Shown one piece after another: positions 37,335-50,921 of a stretch of DNA of 64,000 bases. A program made the position numbers and the translations under genes. The stretch is from NCBI GenBank assembly GCA_048013815.1, contig CM106586.1, forward strand, positions 3,100,001-3,164,000, given 5' to 3'. Position 1 is the first letter of the stretch; every line of letters starts with the position of its first letter. The notes under the pieces were generated by a model. That model saw only the letters and a program-made list of their open reading frames with translations. It had not been told where the DNA came from and did not search any database. Source of the stretch: Setoptus koraiensis (taxonomy: Eukaryota; Animalia; Arthropoda).

Positions 37335-39612
37335 ATGTACCGGACAGGATTCAGGGCGCTGCTAGACGGTAACGCTGGCCCGGCCATCACTAGGCACCTG
37401 GCGTCTTGTACGCGCTGCTGCAACAATCTGCCAGCACGGCACCAGCAGAGGCCTGCACTGGCGCTCGCCAGACATTTGTCGTCGGCCTTTGTGGGCCCGA
37501 GGAAACGATTGGCGCAACAGCAACAACAACACCAACTATTAGGTCACACCAACAACAATGGGCGTCGTCTAGTCAATGCACACGTTTTACAACTGCAACA
37601 ATCACCACAATTTTGCACATCTACCACTACCACCAGTGAGTCCAATGTAGCTCAGCAACACAAACTACCAGAACATTTGACATACGTAACAACATCAGAG
37701 GATCCATCTTTCTTTCACATGGTTGAATATTTCTATCACAGAGGCTGGCAAATTGTCGAAGATAAACTTGTTGAAGAATTCAAGGGCCGCATGAGCACAG
37801 AGGAGAAACGAAAAAAAGTTAATGGTTACTTGAAAATAATCGGCCCATGCCACTCAATATTGGAGGTATCGTTCCCATTGAGACGAGACAACGGCGAATA
37901 TGTTGTTATCAACGGTTGGAGGGCCCAGCACAGTCACCATAGATTGCCCTGCAAGGGAGGTAAGTTATCAACGAGTTGTTTTGTCTTTACTGCTGCTTAG
38001 GGCCTCAATTGACTGCTGCTTCGGGCCTCAATTGACTACTGCTGTGCCACTAGGGCCACACCACTCAATTGAGCCAAACGAGCTCACAACCCCAAAACAC
38101 TGCCAACACTTTGTGCACCACCTCCTGCTGCGCCCGACGCCAGACCTTCCCATTGCGCCCCGTAGCTTTATTTACTTTTGTTTGCTATTGTCACATATGG
38201 ACTAACAAATGTCATTATTATACTCTTTGTGGCACAGGTATTCGTTACAGCTTGGATGTTAGCGCTGACGAAGTCAAAGCCCTGTCTGCTTTGATGACAT
38301 TCAAATGTGCTGTTGTCGATGTGCCCTTCGGTGGCGGCAAAGCAGGTCTCAAAATCAATCCCAGGGAATATACGGATCATGAGCTGGAGAAAATAACCAG
38401 AAATTTTGCTTTACACCTATCCAAGAAGGGCTTCTTGGGGCCAGGAGTGGATGTACCAGCTCCTGATATGGGCACAGGCGAGAGGGAAATGAGTTGGATT
38501 GCTGACACATATGCGCAAACTATAGGCCATACTGATATGAATTCACATGCTTGCGTCACAGGCAAACCTATCAATCAAGGTGGCATTCATGGCCGTATTT
38601 CGGCCACCGGACGTGGTGTCTTTCACGGAATAGATAATTTTATCAATGAGGCTACTTACATGAGCCAAATAGGAACTACGCCTGGCTGGGGTGGTAAAAC
38701 TGCAATAATTCAAGGTTTCGGTAATGTCGGTCTCCATTCTATGAGATATCTGCATCGTGCTGGCGCCAAGATAATAGGTATAACTGAGCGTGATGGTTCA
38801 ATTTATAATCCTAATGGTATTGATCCACGTGAACTTGAAGATTGGAAATCAGAGCACGAGACCATTAAGGGGTTCCCTGGAGCTGAGCCTTACGATGGAG
38901 AGAATATGTTGTACGAACCTTGTGACATATTAGTACCCGCTGCTGTTGAAAAAGTAATCAGGAAAGATAATGCCCATAAATTGCAATGTAAAATCATTGC
39001 AGAAGCGGCTAACGGACCTACAACACCGGCTGCAGATAAAATATTGATCGATCGAAACATTTTGATCATACCTGATCTGTATATAAATGCCGGTGGTGTT
39101 ACAGTTTCATATTTTGAGTGGTTGAAAAACTTGAATCACGTTAGTTATGGTAGATTGTTGTTTAAGTATGAACGAGATTCAAATTACCATCTTTTAGGTA
39201 AGTCAAATAGGTTTTTATTTTTTTTTTGCCTCTGAAGTTTAATTACTTGTTTACTATTTAAATGATAATCAATTTTTTTCTTCCTTCATTTATATAAATT
39301 GAAAAAAAAAATCTCTTTAAACAATTGAAATACACAGAGAGCGTGCAAGAGTCTTTGGAGCGCAGATTTGGCCGAGCTGGAGGACGTATACCCATAGTGC
39401 CAAGTGAATCTTTTCAGAAGAAAATATCCGGTGCCTCAGAGAAAGATATTGTACATTCAGGGCTTGATTATACAATGGAGAGATCGGCTAGACAAATTAT
39501 GCGTACTGCTACTAAATACAATCTTGGATTAGATCTGCGTACAGCTGCTTATGTCAATGCAATAGAAAAGATTTACAATACGTACAAAGAAGCCGGTCTT
39601 ACTTTTACGTAA
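37335..39612 (+). CDS. Gdh: Mitochondrial glutamate dehydrogenase; exons 37335-37959, 38238-39197, 39338-39612
   Basis: [69 protein letters not shown] and [12 protein letters not shown]. Arg-rich N-terminal leader; both introns join in frame (phase 1). Confidence 0.97.
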
Positions 39613-40181
39613 TGATAAACTGATTTTCTGATAGTCAACTAACTAAAAAAACAAAATTAAGAATAATTAAAACAATAATAAAGTAATGTTTGGTTTAATG
39701 CTGGCACAACAGAGTTCGGCAAAACAATATATATGTATATATATATCATTTTATATATATATATATAAATATATATATTTATGAATAAATGTAGTTTGTT
39801 ATAAAACTTTTTCTTTTTCTCTACAAAGGATAAAAAAATATTGGAGTGATACAACAGTAGTTAGGGTCTATATGCCTTATAGCTAGTTGTGCGGCGGCGA
39901 TACTTTTTGAGTTAAGTTATCGTCGGAGTAACACTGTTGCATAATTATGAGTGAAAATCTATATCAGATTTTTTCATTTTGTCGTTTATTTTTGTGTATG
40001 TGTGTGTGTGTGTGTGTGTGTATGAGTGTGTATGAGTGTGTGTGTGATCTAGTTATTATATATATTTATTTATATATATATTGATATATATACATATAAA
40101 TATCTATATTTTTCTTTATATGTTTATATCATTTTTTTTAAATTAATCTATTATTTTAAATTATTGCTTTGTACTCGTTGA

Positions 40182-40586
40182 TTAGTATCCTCCACTTGAA
40201 CCTCCCGAGGATCCACCGCCGTAACCTCCTGAAGATGATCCACCTCCGTAAGATGAACCACTTGATGAGGAACCACCGTATGATGAGCCACCTGATGAGC
40301 CGCCGTATGAAGATCCACCACCGTAAGATTGTCCACCTCCGTATGATGGCATGTCATAGGATTGCATGGACATTGATTTCATTGGTAATGGTATTGGGAT
40401 TGGGATGATGATTTTCTTCTTCTTCAATAGAGCCAATAATGGTAGGATTTCTTTCAATTTCTTCATCATCTTCTTTTTGCTCATGGCTTGTGTTTCTTGT
40501 ACTTGGCTGACCAATATGAGGTTCAACACTACTATGGCCAAGAATATGAGCGATTTTGTTCTTGTTGACGTTGTTAAACTAGACAT
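40182..40586 (-). CDS. Small secreted Gly/Ser/Tyr-rich protein (cuticle/cement-like)
   Basis: Signal peptide (LIFLAIVVLNLILV...TQA), then KKKMMKKLKEILPLLALLKKKKIIIPIPIPLP and a (GGS/SYGG)n tail. Confidence 0.85.
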   Translation of the reverse strand: MSSLTTSTRTKSLIFLAIVVLNLILVSQVQETQAMSKKKMMKKLKEILPLLALLKKKKIIIPIPIPLPMKSMSMQSYDMPSYGGGQSYGGGSSYGGSSGGSSYGGSSSSGSSYGGGSSSGGYGGGSSGGSSGGY

Positions 40587-43500
40587 TTTGACTTGATTTG
40601 TTTATTTGTTTGTTGTTTGGGTGCTATGTTAGCTGAGATATTGATGCTGTGAGTGTTAGTGCGTTTTTTTTTCTTGAAGTGTCTTGACTATTTGAAAACT
40701 TTTTGCTGCTCTTATTACTTGCGAAAGTTTAGAAGTAGTGGTAGTAGAGGATGTTGATGCATCGATGATGATCGTTGAATGATGACCGCAACACGAGTCA
40801 GACTTACTTTTATACTAGATCCTCTGGATGATTTTTCAATACTTTCCAATGGGCTCTCCAGGTGCTTTTCATTACTTTTGAGCCATGGAAGTTGAGCGAG
40901 AGTGTCTAGCGTATAACGGTATAACAGGCACACAATAGAAGAGAGAGAAAGAGGGGGCATAAACAACAAGCCAGGAAAGGAGGAGGCTACTGACACATTA
41001 AATAGGGCGGAGAAGGAATATATTATTTAAGCAAAGAGCGTGGCGTTGGAGGTAAGATATTAGTGGTCAACGAGTGGCGGTGGTCAGCAAGTGATTGAGT
41101 TGATCCCAAATCAAAGGTGAGTCCCTGAGCGCACACAAGCATAGCGGACAGATAACGGAAAGAGCGTAGCCGGATAGGACAAAGATTAAAGAGGCTGTGA
41201 GCTTGTGAGTCCGTGAGCTTATGAGCCGGCGAGTTGGTCAGGCTGCGAGCTTGTGAGCCAGTGTGAGCTGGCCAAATATCCAGACAGTCGGATGGGCAGT
41301 TTGCCAGCAAAAAGCGAGAGTGAGCGAGAGTTAATGATCATAATAAGTGCAGTGTCAGTGCTCACAACGAGATAAGCTCGATGAGTTGATCATCGTCGTC
41401 GCCATGGTGGCTTGAATAGTGGCTGGCTAACTAGTCAGGAATACAGTTATGGCAGGAACAGCAGCGGCAGCAGCAACAACAACAGGTGAAAGAAGAGCGC
41501 GCGGGGGAAATTGAACAGCAACAACAACAACAACAACAAGAGTAACAGCAGTCGGACGGACCAGCTTGCCATCCGTTCATTCAGTCGGGTAGAAAGAGAA
41601 AGTGAGAGAAAGCAACATTTAGTTAGTTATTATTCAATGTTGAAAGAGGTATTAGTTTTAGTATTGGTAGATGATTTGAACTAGAAATTGAAATGAGATT
41701 CACTCTCGCTCGGCCAGTCGGCTCAGTCTAGTATTCGCTGGCTGGATGGCCGACCGGCCGGCATATGGCAAACTCATCTTATTCTTAATCAAGAAAAAGA
41801 AGGAAGAAGAGAAAGTAGGTAGTAGTGGAATAAACTACTAAGCGCGCCCGACTGAGCGCGCAAGCGAGGGGACGGAAATAGTGGGAAAGTGGTAGTAATA
41901 GTCATTACCATGCTGTTGCCCGGCTGGCAAGCTCACTGGCAAGCTACTCGCAAAAGACCGTCACACACACACACACACACACATATTGACCACTGGCCGT
42001 GATAATAAGCCATAACATATAAGCTCGGAAAGTTGTTGTTGTTGCTGTTGCTGTTGTTGTTGCATGTGTGATGTGGATGAGCAGCAAAATTAGTTTATGA
42101 TTATGCAATAACAACTACCTTTATCTACAGGTATCAGGCCAACATTTTCGGCTGTGCTATGCTGTGTTGTGTTCAACGTGTTTCTTCAACGACGACGTTG
42201 AAGTTTGAGAATCGTCGAAACTATCAGCGGCAACACAGCAACAACTTATTTTCGCTGCTTATTTGGCTAAATGTTATCTCTACATCCACTGCGACTTGCA
42301 CACTACTCTTACTGCCACTAATCAATTCCGTTATATAATATATATTCTTCTTTTTCTATCCATCAGCGCTACTAACGCTAATTGTGCGTGTGTCTGGCTG
42401 GCTTTTGTGCGTTTTGTTCGCTGTTGTTGTTGTTGTTGTTGTTTGAGGAGGCCGTTAGTTTAGGCAAACGAACGAGCCAGCGAATCGGCCAGTGAATGGG
42501 CAAATGAGTAAGTGAAATGGCAAGCGAAAGGCAAAAGGTGGTCCGAAATTGCATATTAAAGAGATAACAAGCGAGCAGCGAGCGAGAGTGATTATTTGAT
42601 GAGCTTGGCATCTCTATGTCTGTCCGTCTGTCTATCTATCTGCCCAACATGTCTGCTTGGCGGCTGGCTGGCTGGTTGGCTGGCTGGCCAGTTGTAGTTG
42701 TTCATTCAAAGTTTTTCGTCTTATTCGTCTTCATCATCTCTCGCTCGGCTTGTTAATCATCGGCGCCGCCGCGGTCGTCTAACAAGTGTAAGTATATGCA
42801 CGCAACAGTATATTAATACAATCATCATCATGGAAGAGCCAGGGAAAAGGATTACGGATCTTGAATATATAAAATTGAATTAGAACATTTAATGGAGTTG
42901 CAGACGGCTGGCGCTGTGTGTGCGAGACCTGGACCTGTTATCCCAAATCATCTCCACTTATGGCACCTGATAGTGTTGCGTTTGATTTTATGATTTGGCT
43001 GCGCTCCTCCTCTGTATTATAGCGCCACTTGAGGCCGTGCAGCCGATACGCTGCTGCCAGCAGCAACACGACACTGCATCCGCGTGAGATGTGAGTTATG
43101 TCAGGCGCACACACAAATAATTCTAATGTAATAAGAAAACAACGACGACAGACAGAGAGACACAGAGACACAGAGAGACGACGACGACGATAAGTTGATT
43201 GCGCAATAATCACTATTTATGTTGCACCTGTCACTTCCAGTTGCTTGCACTTTTGCTGATAATTTTTAGCGTTAATCACTCGACAACATCCGCTCGCTGT
43301 CAGCGGACACACCCGCACACACACACACTAACAATTGTCAGCGCTCAGTTGGCTCAGCGATGATAATCCAATCTCTTATTTCGCTCGCTTGTACTCGGTA
43401 TGTAAGTGTTTATGCATTAAACGACGAACAATATATTATCGGTATTATGATTATCATGGCAGCGGCAAAATGGTCGTCATCGTGAGCCAGTGACAGTAAT

Positions 43501-44427
43501 TGGTGACACACAAACGCTGCTGGACAGACGCTGGCACAACAAACGTCATGCGTGACTAATTCGCAGTTGTCTCGGCTTATGATGTGATTAAGCCAATTAT
43601 GCAATATGCCAAGACGCATTATATTGCCAATTATTGCGGCGAGGCGACATGAGCGAAAGTGCGGCATCACTGTCGCCGTTGCTGGCGCTGGCGCTGGCCC
43701 TGGCGTGCATAAAATGGCGCTCTCAGCAGTGATTTGTTTGCTGGTCGGCTGGTCGGCCGGTCGGCCGGTCGGCAGTGTCCAGGCCGACGAGTGGCCAACA
43801 ACAATCGACCGCTGGACAGCTTTGCATGTGTCAATCAATCAATGGACAGCGCGGCCAGTTTGTTGACAGGCAGCGCATATCACAATGGCGCTAACCGCAT
43901 TGCACACAACCAATCAATTGACAACTAACACCAATGTGTGTTTATGCGTTTGTTATGCAACCAGCATGTGCGGTGACACTCGCTCGGTCGCACAACAACC
44001 GCCGACAACAAAGCGCCGACCCCGTGCGAGATAAAATAAATAAATATTAAATAAAAGAAATATTCAAATATTTGAATATTTAAATATAACTGCCGCTAAC
44101 AACACACACACACACACACACACACACACTGTTGAACAGTGACCGTTCGACAGTGACTGCTGGAATGCCAGCACAATTAGCTTGACAACTGGTGGAAGTG
44201 CATGCGCAATTGTCGCTGTTGGCTGTGGGCGAGCTGGCCGGTTGCGTCGCCAATGGCCAGCACTTGGCCTTTGACAACACTGACACTACTGCTAATAATA
44301 ATAATAAAAGCCCACTGGCCGGTGGAGTGTTTGCAGTTCGCTGGAATCACTCACTTAGAGCCAATGAGCGACAAAAACCAAAGATTTATGCGCGATAAAA
44401 ATGGGCCCTCCTCTCGCTCGCTCTGGC

Positions 44428-44494
44428 CGGCAGAGTCCGGCAGCAGAGTCCGGCAGCAGAGTCCGGCAGCAGAGTCCGGCGACACAGTCCGGCG
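44428..44494. repeat. 13-bp minisatellite (cagagtccggcag) x about 5
   Basis: Direct tandem copies are visible. Confidence 0.9.
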
Positions 44495-46769
44495 AGCCCG
44501 AGTGGGCAGTTGGTCGGCGGCAGAGTGTCGCTGAAATGGCGGGACACCGACACATTGACACGACGACATTGCCAGTTGGCCGGATCGCCGGGCCGCCAGA
44601 GTGAGAGAGCGACTCGCAAAACTGGCCAAACAGCCTGCCGGCGAGCAGCCAGCGGGATCTGATGTTATCTGCAACCTGTTGATAGCATCACAATCAAACT
44701 GATGCTTTTAATTGCTGTCGCTGCTTGGCCGGACTTGTGCGCGATGCCCAGTTATGAGTGTCGCCGCTTGTTTGTATGTGGCCGCTTATTTGTCCAACCG
44801 GCCAAAACAACGACAACGACAACGGCAACGGCAACGACAAATCAACTAATGAATGTTGAGCACATGACTCGGCATGCAGTGTCTCGATTGCAGTGTCTCG
44901 ATTGCAGTGTCTCGCTGATCTTTCATTTCCGTGTGCACATTTGCGCCTCGAGACACTGAGCGCACGACAGCGACATGCAGATGGACAAGTGATACGCACA
45001 ATGGGCCAGTGGACAGAGGTGTCCAATTGAGCGCACAGATACAGTTTGTCAGTTGATAAACATTGCGGCCAGTTAAAAATCGCCTGTCCGCCGCACATTG
45101 TTTGCCGGTATAAATAAAACAAACACAATTGGGCAGATTGTGTCCGAGTTGCCAAGTGTATAAATAATCTTATCTGATCACTTGGTTGGCGGTCGTCGAA
45201 CATTGTTGCGCCGCTCGCCGCTTGCTTGTCGCTTGTTGCTGTTGTTGTGCAACAATTCTTGTGACGCAACACAATTAACGCGACACAAGAACAACTTGCA
45301 AACAATTAGCGCCACGTCCGGCGCTGATCACGACGTTCGCGACGGCGCTCACGACGAGCGAGTCGCCACACTCGGGCACATTCGACAACATTCGAGCACA
45401 TTCGACAGAATTCTACGGTTTCGTCGACGAAACGAGCGCTGTTGGCGCGTCGAGCCGCCAGCCAATGGCTGGCTCAACGGCGCAAATGGTCGCTGGCACC
45501 GGCATTCGGTAATTGGCCATTAGACCAATGGTCCGCTCGGGCCCATGTCCAACCGACACAAGCTGGCCAACGCCGACTGTGAATGCGGCCAGTATGAATG
45601 CGCTTGCGTTGCCAGCGCGCTGCAAAGGTTGCTCGCTGGGCCGCTCGACATGGCACCGGATTGAAATTATACGCATGCAATAATGGGCTCGCTGCGTGTG
45701 CGTTTGGCAAATTAACTGTCAGACCTCTCACTCACAGCCAGTGAGCCAGCGAGCCAGTGAGCCAGCGAGAAACAAAGCAACCTGTTGGACCTGTTGGCGT
45801 TTTGCACAAGCGCAAGATTGCTTTTACTGACAACTCGCATGCGGATAATTTATTAATTGTGCCAGTGTCTTGGTGTGCGCAAAGAACAATAATAGCCGTC
45901 CGACTGTCTCCGCTTTCGTCCGCTCTCGCGCTCTCTCGCTCTGTCCGCTCGCCGGTTGTTGGCCCGTCGCTCGTTTAGCTGTCGGTTGCGTCGGTCGTCG
46001 GTTGTGTCCGCTGCGTCGGTTGTGTCCGGCTGCAGTCATTACCACCACAGTGGTCATGAGCGTGCCCGACACTGATTGCGCTACTGACCAATCGGGCCGC
46101 AATCAAGCGAACGGCGCCAATCAACAGAATAGGAGAAAGTTAATTAAACTTTGCTCTCCGCCTGATTGGCTCTCTTTTCATTAACTTGACCACCACAACA
46201 TTTCGGCCGACCGCAAGCTCGCCGCTGACCGTACGCCGCGCATGATACGCGTAGCGGTCTCGCCGTTTGTTTGTTTGTTTGTTTGTGTTTGTTTGTTTGT
46301 TTGTTTGCTTGTTTGTTTGCTTGTGTGCCGATCGGCATTAACGGCGGCCGCACGCCGAATCGCCGGTCTCAGTGCGTTGGCACGCAGTGCACATTCGATC
46401 TATCATTAGGCATCATGTAAGCGATGCTTATTATTGCATCGCGCAATCGCCAATTGGCTACCTCGTTCGCGGGCCGCCACTCGTAATGATAACAATAATG
46501 ATTATAATTAACTCTCTATTAGAGAGTCTCAAATGTATCGGCCGGCGTTGGCACCGGCGTTACTGGTATCGCCAGCAGTTGGCCAGCAATATTGATGACG
46601 AAACGCAGTGCAACATGCCCAATGTTGCGAGAGAGTTGCATTACGTAACATAACTAGCGCGTTGCTCATGACCAGTGGCTCGTTGTTTGTGACTGGTCGT
46701 GGCGCGCGCAAATCAAATAAAAGCTGGTTGCGAGCGCAACTTTTGCGACTGTTGCGACTCTCGTAACTG

Positions 46770-46866
46770 ACCAATTGTAGGCTAACCAAATGTGAGATAA
46801 ACAATTGTGGGACAACCAATTGTGAGACAACCAATTGCGAGCTAATCAATTGTGGGCCAATCAATC
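46770..46866. repeat. 15-bp-period minisatellite, about 6 units, CAATTG core
   Basis: accaattgtaggcta / accaaatgtgagata / aacaattgtgggaca / accaattgtgagaca / accaattgcgagcta / atcaattgtgggcca. Confidence 0.9.
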
Positions 46867-49825
46867 TCGTTGGCGCAAGCATAATCGATCACTCATCCGG
46901 TCGGCGGCGGCGGCGGCACAATGAATATCGATCGAGTTGACGCTCATTGTGAGTGCGATGACCGTTGGGCGGCCCCGCTCGAGGCACGCGCTACACACAC
47001 ACACAATGGATCGCCGAGAGACAAAGACAGATATGCCCAGGATATACTCTCTATAGTACTCTATAGACGCGCTCTACAGCATGCATACTATGCATTGCAT
47101 AGTAAGAAACGGCAAGCGAACAACAGGTGAACTTGTAACGGACAACGGGCATTGCAGATAACGGGCATTGCAGATAACGGGCGTTGATGATAACGAGCTG
47201 TGCAGGGAAACCAATTGATTTTGTGTCTCGCTTGTGTCGTGTTGGTACGTTGTGCACAAACAGCCAGACACTGTGTCGAGCGGACTGTGCCGACACACAA
47301 AATTGGAAGCCATTAAGAGCTGTTGGTTGGTTGTTGGTTTGGTTGGGCCATTGTCGGGCTCTGGTCAAGTCGGCGGATCGATCGGCTCGATCCGCCAAAT
47401 TCTCGCCAATCGATCATTCTTATCGCTGTCGAGTCGCTTGTTACTTGCGCGACTGGCTTGTTGGCTGCGCGACTCGTTGCGCCTGTTGGCTGCGTATTAT
47501 TGTCAATCACGCGACGAGATAAACAACAGCTGATAGGTTGCGTAACATGGGCACACAATGGACGGCGGCGAGCGAGCGTAACGCTGTTGTAACGGATTGA
47601 TAGAAACGGATTGATCACGATTCCATCGCCAGTCGCCCATCGCCAGTCGCCCAGCGTCCGTCGCCCAGCGTCCGTCGCCCGTCGCCAAGTTGGCCAACTA
47701 TCACCTTTGGCGAGACACACACACAAAGTGAGTGTGGCCAAATTGGCCAACTGGAGCTGGCGGCCGCAAACTGACCAAGATAGCCCACTCGGCGGATTAT
47801 TTGTGGCGGCCATACGGACAGCGGCGGGTATTGATCAATAATAGCGAGCGCGCACACAATGCGCTCGCCTAGCAATCATTGCAGTCACCTATTTGATAGA
47901 TTATACAGCAACAATATTGTTGTTGTTGCACTATCTATCAATGTGTCAGCTGGTGCTGGCTTGCCGGCCAGAGTCATCAGCGTGTGATGATGATAATATC
48001 AATCAATTGTGTTTGGTCGCTCACAACTTGTCGAGAGTGTTATAATTTCCACACACACACACACACACACGCGCACTAGTACATTGACCATCGGGTGAAC
48101 GATGAGCGGACGCAACAAGTGTCGACCGGCGACACCTTGACTCGGCTTGACTCGCAACTGTCGCCATTGTTCGCATGTAACAACAATGCCGGCCGCCATA
48201 AACATACGTTGCCGCCTCGACACAAATGGCCAGCGACAACAGCGACGACGGCGACCGCAACGATGGCCGGTCGGCCGCTTGTAACGGGCCGCTCGTAACG
48301 GGCCGCTCGTAACGGGCGACCGGCCATCGTTGCCGATCGTTGCCGATCGTTGGTGTCGGTGGCCCATTATGGTTCAGTGTGCGAGCGAGCCGAAAAAGAT
48401 CCGATAATTAATCAGCTGCACAGGCGGCAGTATCGGCAAATGAGCGCTCTCTTTGGTCGCAAGCTCGCCAGGGATCGCTCACGATGAGAGCGCGCGTGAG
48501 TTGATCTGGCTGACACACAAGATGTGTGCGTTGTGTAACAGTCGGCGCCAAGATGTAAGCACGATTATGAAGTGTGCAATAAACTAGTCATCATTTATCG
48601 GCTTCAACATAACTAATATTCAGCCCATTCAGCACACAAAGGCTCATCCATTGTCCGTGACTTTGGCTCTGTTAGCCGATATTTCCCTATTACCTATTAC
48701 CGTGCGTCTAACAGTTCCAACCGACTGGCAAGCTAGCGGCAACAGCAACACGCCAACAGCGACAGCGACACGCCAACAGCAACAGCGGCGGCCCAAACTG
48801 GCAACGCTTGCGCAACGTTACCAGTAAAACCATCAAAATCGATTTCCTACTTAACAGGCGACAGCGCCATATTGCCGTTCGCTTTCCTGTCTTTTTGCGC
48901 TCGCTTTGGCTGTCGCTCAGTGTGTAACCTTGGCCAGTGGCGGCGCAAAAAGAAGCGGCCAGAGCGGCGGCCCGAGCGGAGGCGAGGGCAGAGGCAAGAA
49001 AAGTGCAGAATGAGATGATTATCATGCGGACGCTCGAATCATGCAAATGCGCTCGCTACAAGACTGACGGCGGCCAGTCAGTGCATGGCGGAGCTCTATG
49101 GTGATATGGCTGCAATTGTAATTGTCGGAGTGCGCAAAAAGCGGGCCAGCGCTCGGCCGGTTTCCTCGAGCCGACCAGCCGACCAGCCGGCCATCGATAG
49201 CCATCGGTCGGGCGAGTGTTTGAATTTTGGAATTAACGGCAACAGCAACAACAACAATTAACTAGCGCTATTATGCATCTTTTTCGGTTTTGGGCTCATC
49301 CAGCGCTCAATGCCAACTCGATCCGGCCAATGCGACTCGCTCGGCCGGCAACTTCTTATTAGCCGGCTTGGCTCTCTTGGCTCGCATGAGTCTAGGGCCA
49401 AACTAGTTGCCGTTGCGTTGTATGCCGTGTCCGCTGGCCGTGTGCTGGCCGTGCCAATGCAACTCGTTTTGGCGATCAATTATTCCACTTGTGGCGTATT
49501 AATTTGTCCGTTGTTGTGTCGGCCCGCTTGCGTCGCTAACGTCACCGTTGCGCACACTGAGCCGTACAGGTGATACTAACACTAACACTATCACCTGTGT
49601 CAGTTGAGCGCGGCCAAGTTGGGCATATGCTCAACTCGGTCGCGCTCGCATTATCGCAAAACTAAACTCGACACTTACGCCATGACGATTATATGCGCTG
49701 CGCGGCCCACGCCGTTGCATTCCGATAATGTGGCCCAATAATACCGTTATGTAACCTGTAATGTGTAATATTGGGCCGACAATCCGCAATAGCGTCCGGC
49801 CAACGCACGCATGTTCGGCAGTTGG

Positions 49826-49924
49826 CGAACTGGCGAACTGGCGAATGCGCGAGTGCGCGAATATGCGAATATGCGAATATGCGAATATGCGAATATGCGA
49901 ATATGCGATCATGCGATCATGCGA
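49826..49924. repeat. 8-bp minisatellite (gcgaatat) with variants
   Basis: ggcgaact x2, gcgaatat x about 6, gcgatcat x2. Confidence 0.9.
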
Positions 49925-50397
49925 GCAGAGAAAGGAAAGTCTTTTGTTATAAATGTAAATTACCTGCCACGCTCGGCCGTGCACAGATGATGCCCAATCA
50001 ATCACGGCATCGGCAGTCGGCAGTCAAGTTGCAACCAGCAACAAGTTGGCCGCTCAATCATGCCAATAACTCAATAACATGCTGCCACCGTGTTGCTTAT
50101 GCCGTGCTGCCCCCAACCAGCAGCACATAAGCCATTCATTCCGGTCAGGGTTCGTGTTCGCGTTCGCGTTGCGTAAGATTAGTATAATCGATCGGTTTCG
50201 TTTGGACAACCGCAACATCATGTTGTAATTGTTGTTGCGAAGATGTCTTTTGTTCGCTGGCGCTCCAACTGACCACTGCAAGCAATGTTTGGCCCGCTTG
50301 ACCGATAAGCGCCGCTCGATGCTCGCCAATTGGTTTATCCTTTTTGGGCACTCCATTCCGTCGGCTGCACACATTCAAACACACACCGTCAGCAGCA

Positions 50398-50921
50398 TAT
50401 TGAAGGTTAATTTGGGCAAAGAAAAAAAGATTGATTACCACTTCCTACTCAATTCCTCCTTTCACTAAATTGAATGACCTCTCTCTCTCTCTCTCTCGCT
50501 CGTTCGCCATTTTAATATAGTGTTTGACAGTAATTAATATGTACATATATTGAATTAAGTTGTATCCATTGATCGCCGTAATGGTGTTGGTGTCAGTAGT
50601 TGTTGGTGTAAGTGTGTGTGTGTGTGTGTTGCCTTTGTTAGCGTCCGTTCGGCCATGCTGTGCTGTGTTGCATTATAATATAAAAATAATAATGTGCGCA
50701 CGATGATAGACAAGTGGAAGTCAATTTAGATTGACCCCAGCAGCAACGACATGCGAAAGTGATCGCTGATCAGATATCAACATCTCGGCTCGGCTTGTGT
50801 GAGCTCGCTGTGTTGGCGCCGGGTGGTGTCGACAACCGCAATTCGATTCTCTCGCTCACTTTAAATTGTTGCCCTCTTCTCGCCCTAACAACAACCGCAA
50901 CTATTATTCATCAAGCTAACG
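50398..50921 (+). repeat. Left arm of long inverted repeat
   Basis: Reverse complement of 51787-52302. Both arms give the same ORF start MIADQISTSRLGLCELAV in the ORF track (50759+ and 51945-). Confidence 0.97.

Noticed and set aside
44058-44081. Perfect 24-bp palindrome AAATATTCAAATATTTGAATATTT
   Set aside because: It is AT-only low-complexity context with no supporting structure.
45419-45434. 16-bp palindrome GTTTCGTCGACGAAAC, partly like miR-981
   Set aside because: It lacks the seed and has no precursor-length stem.
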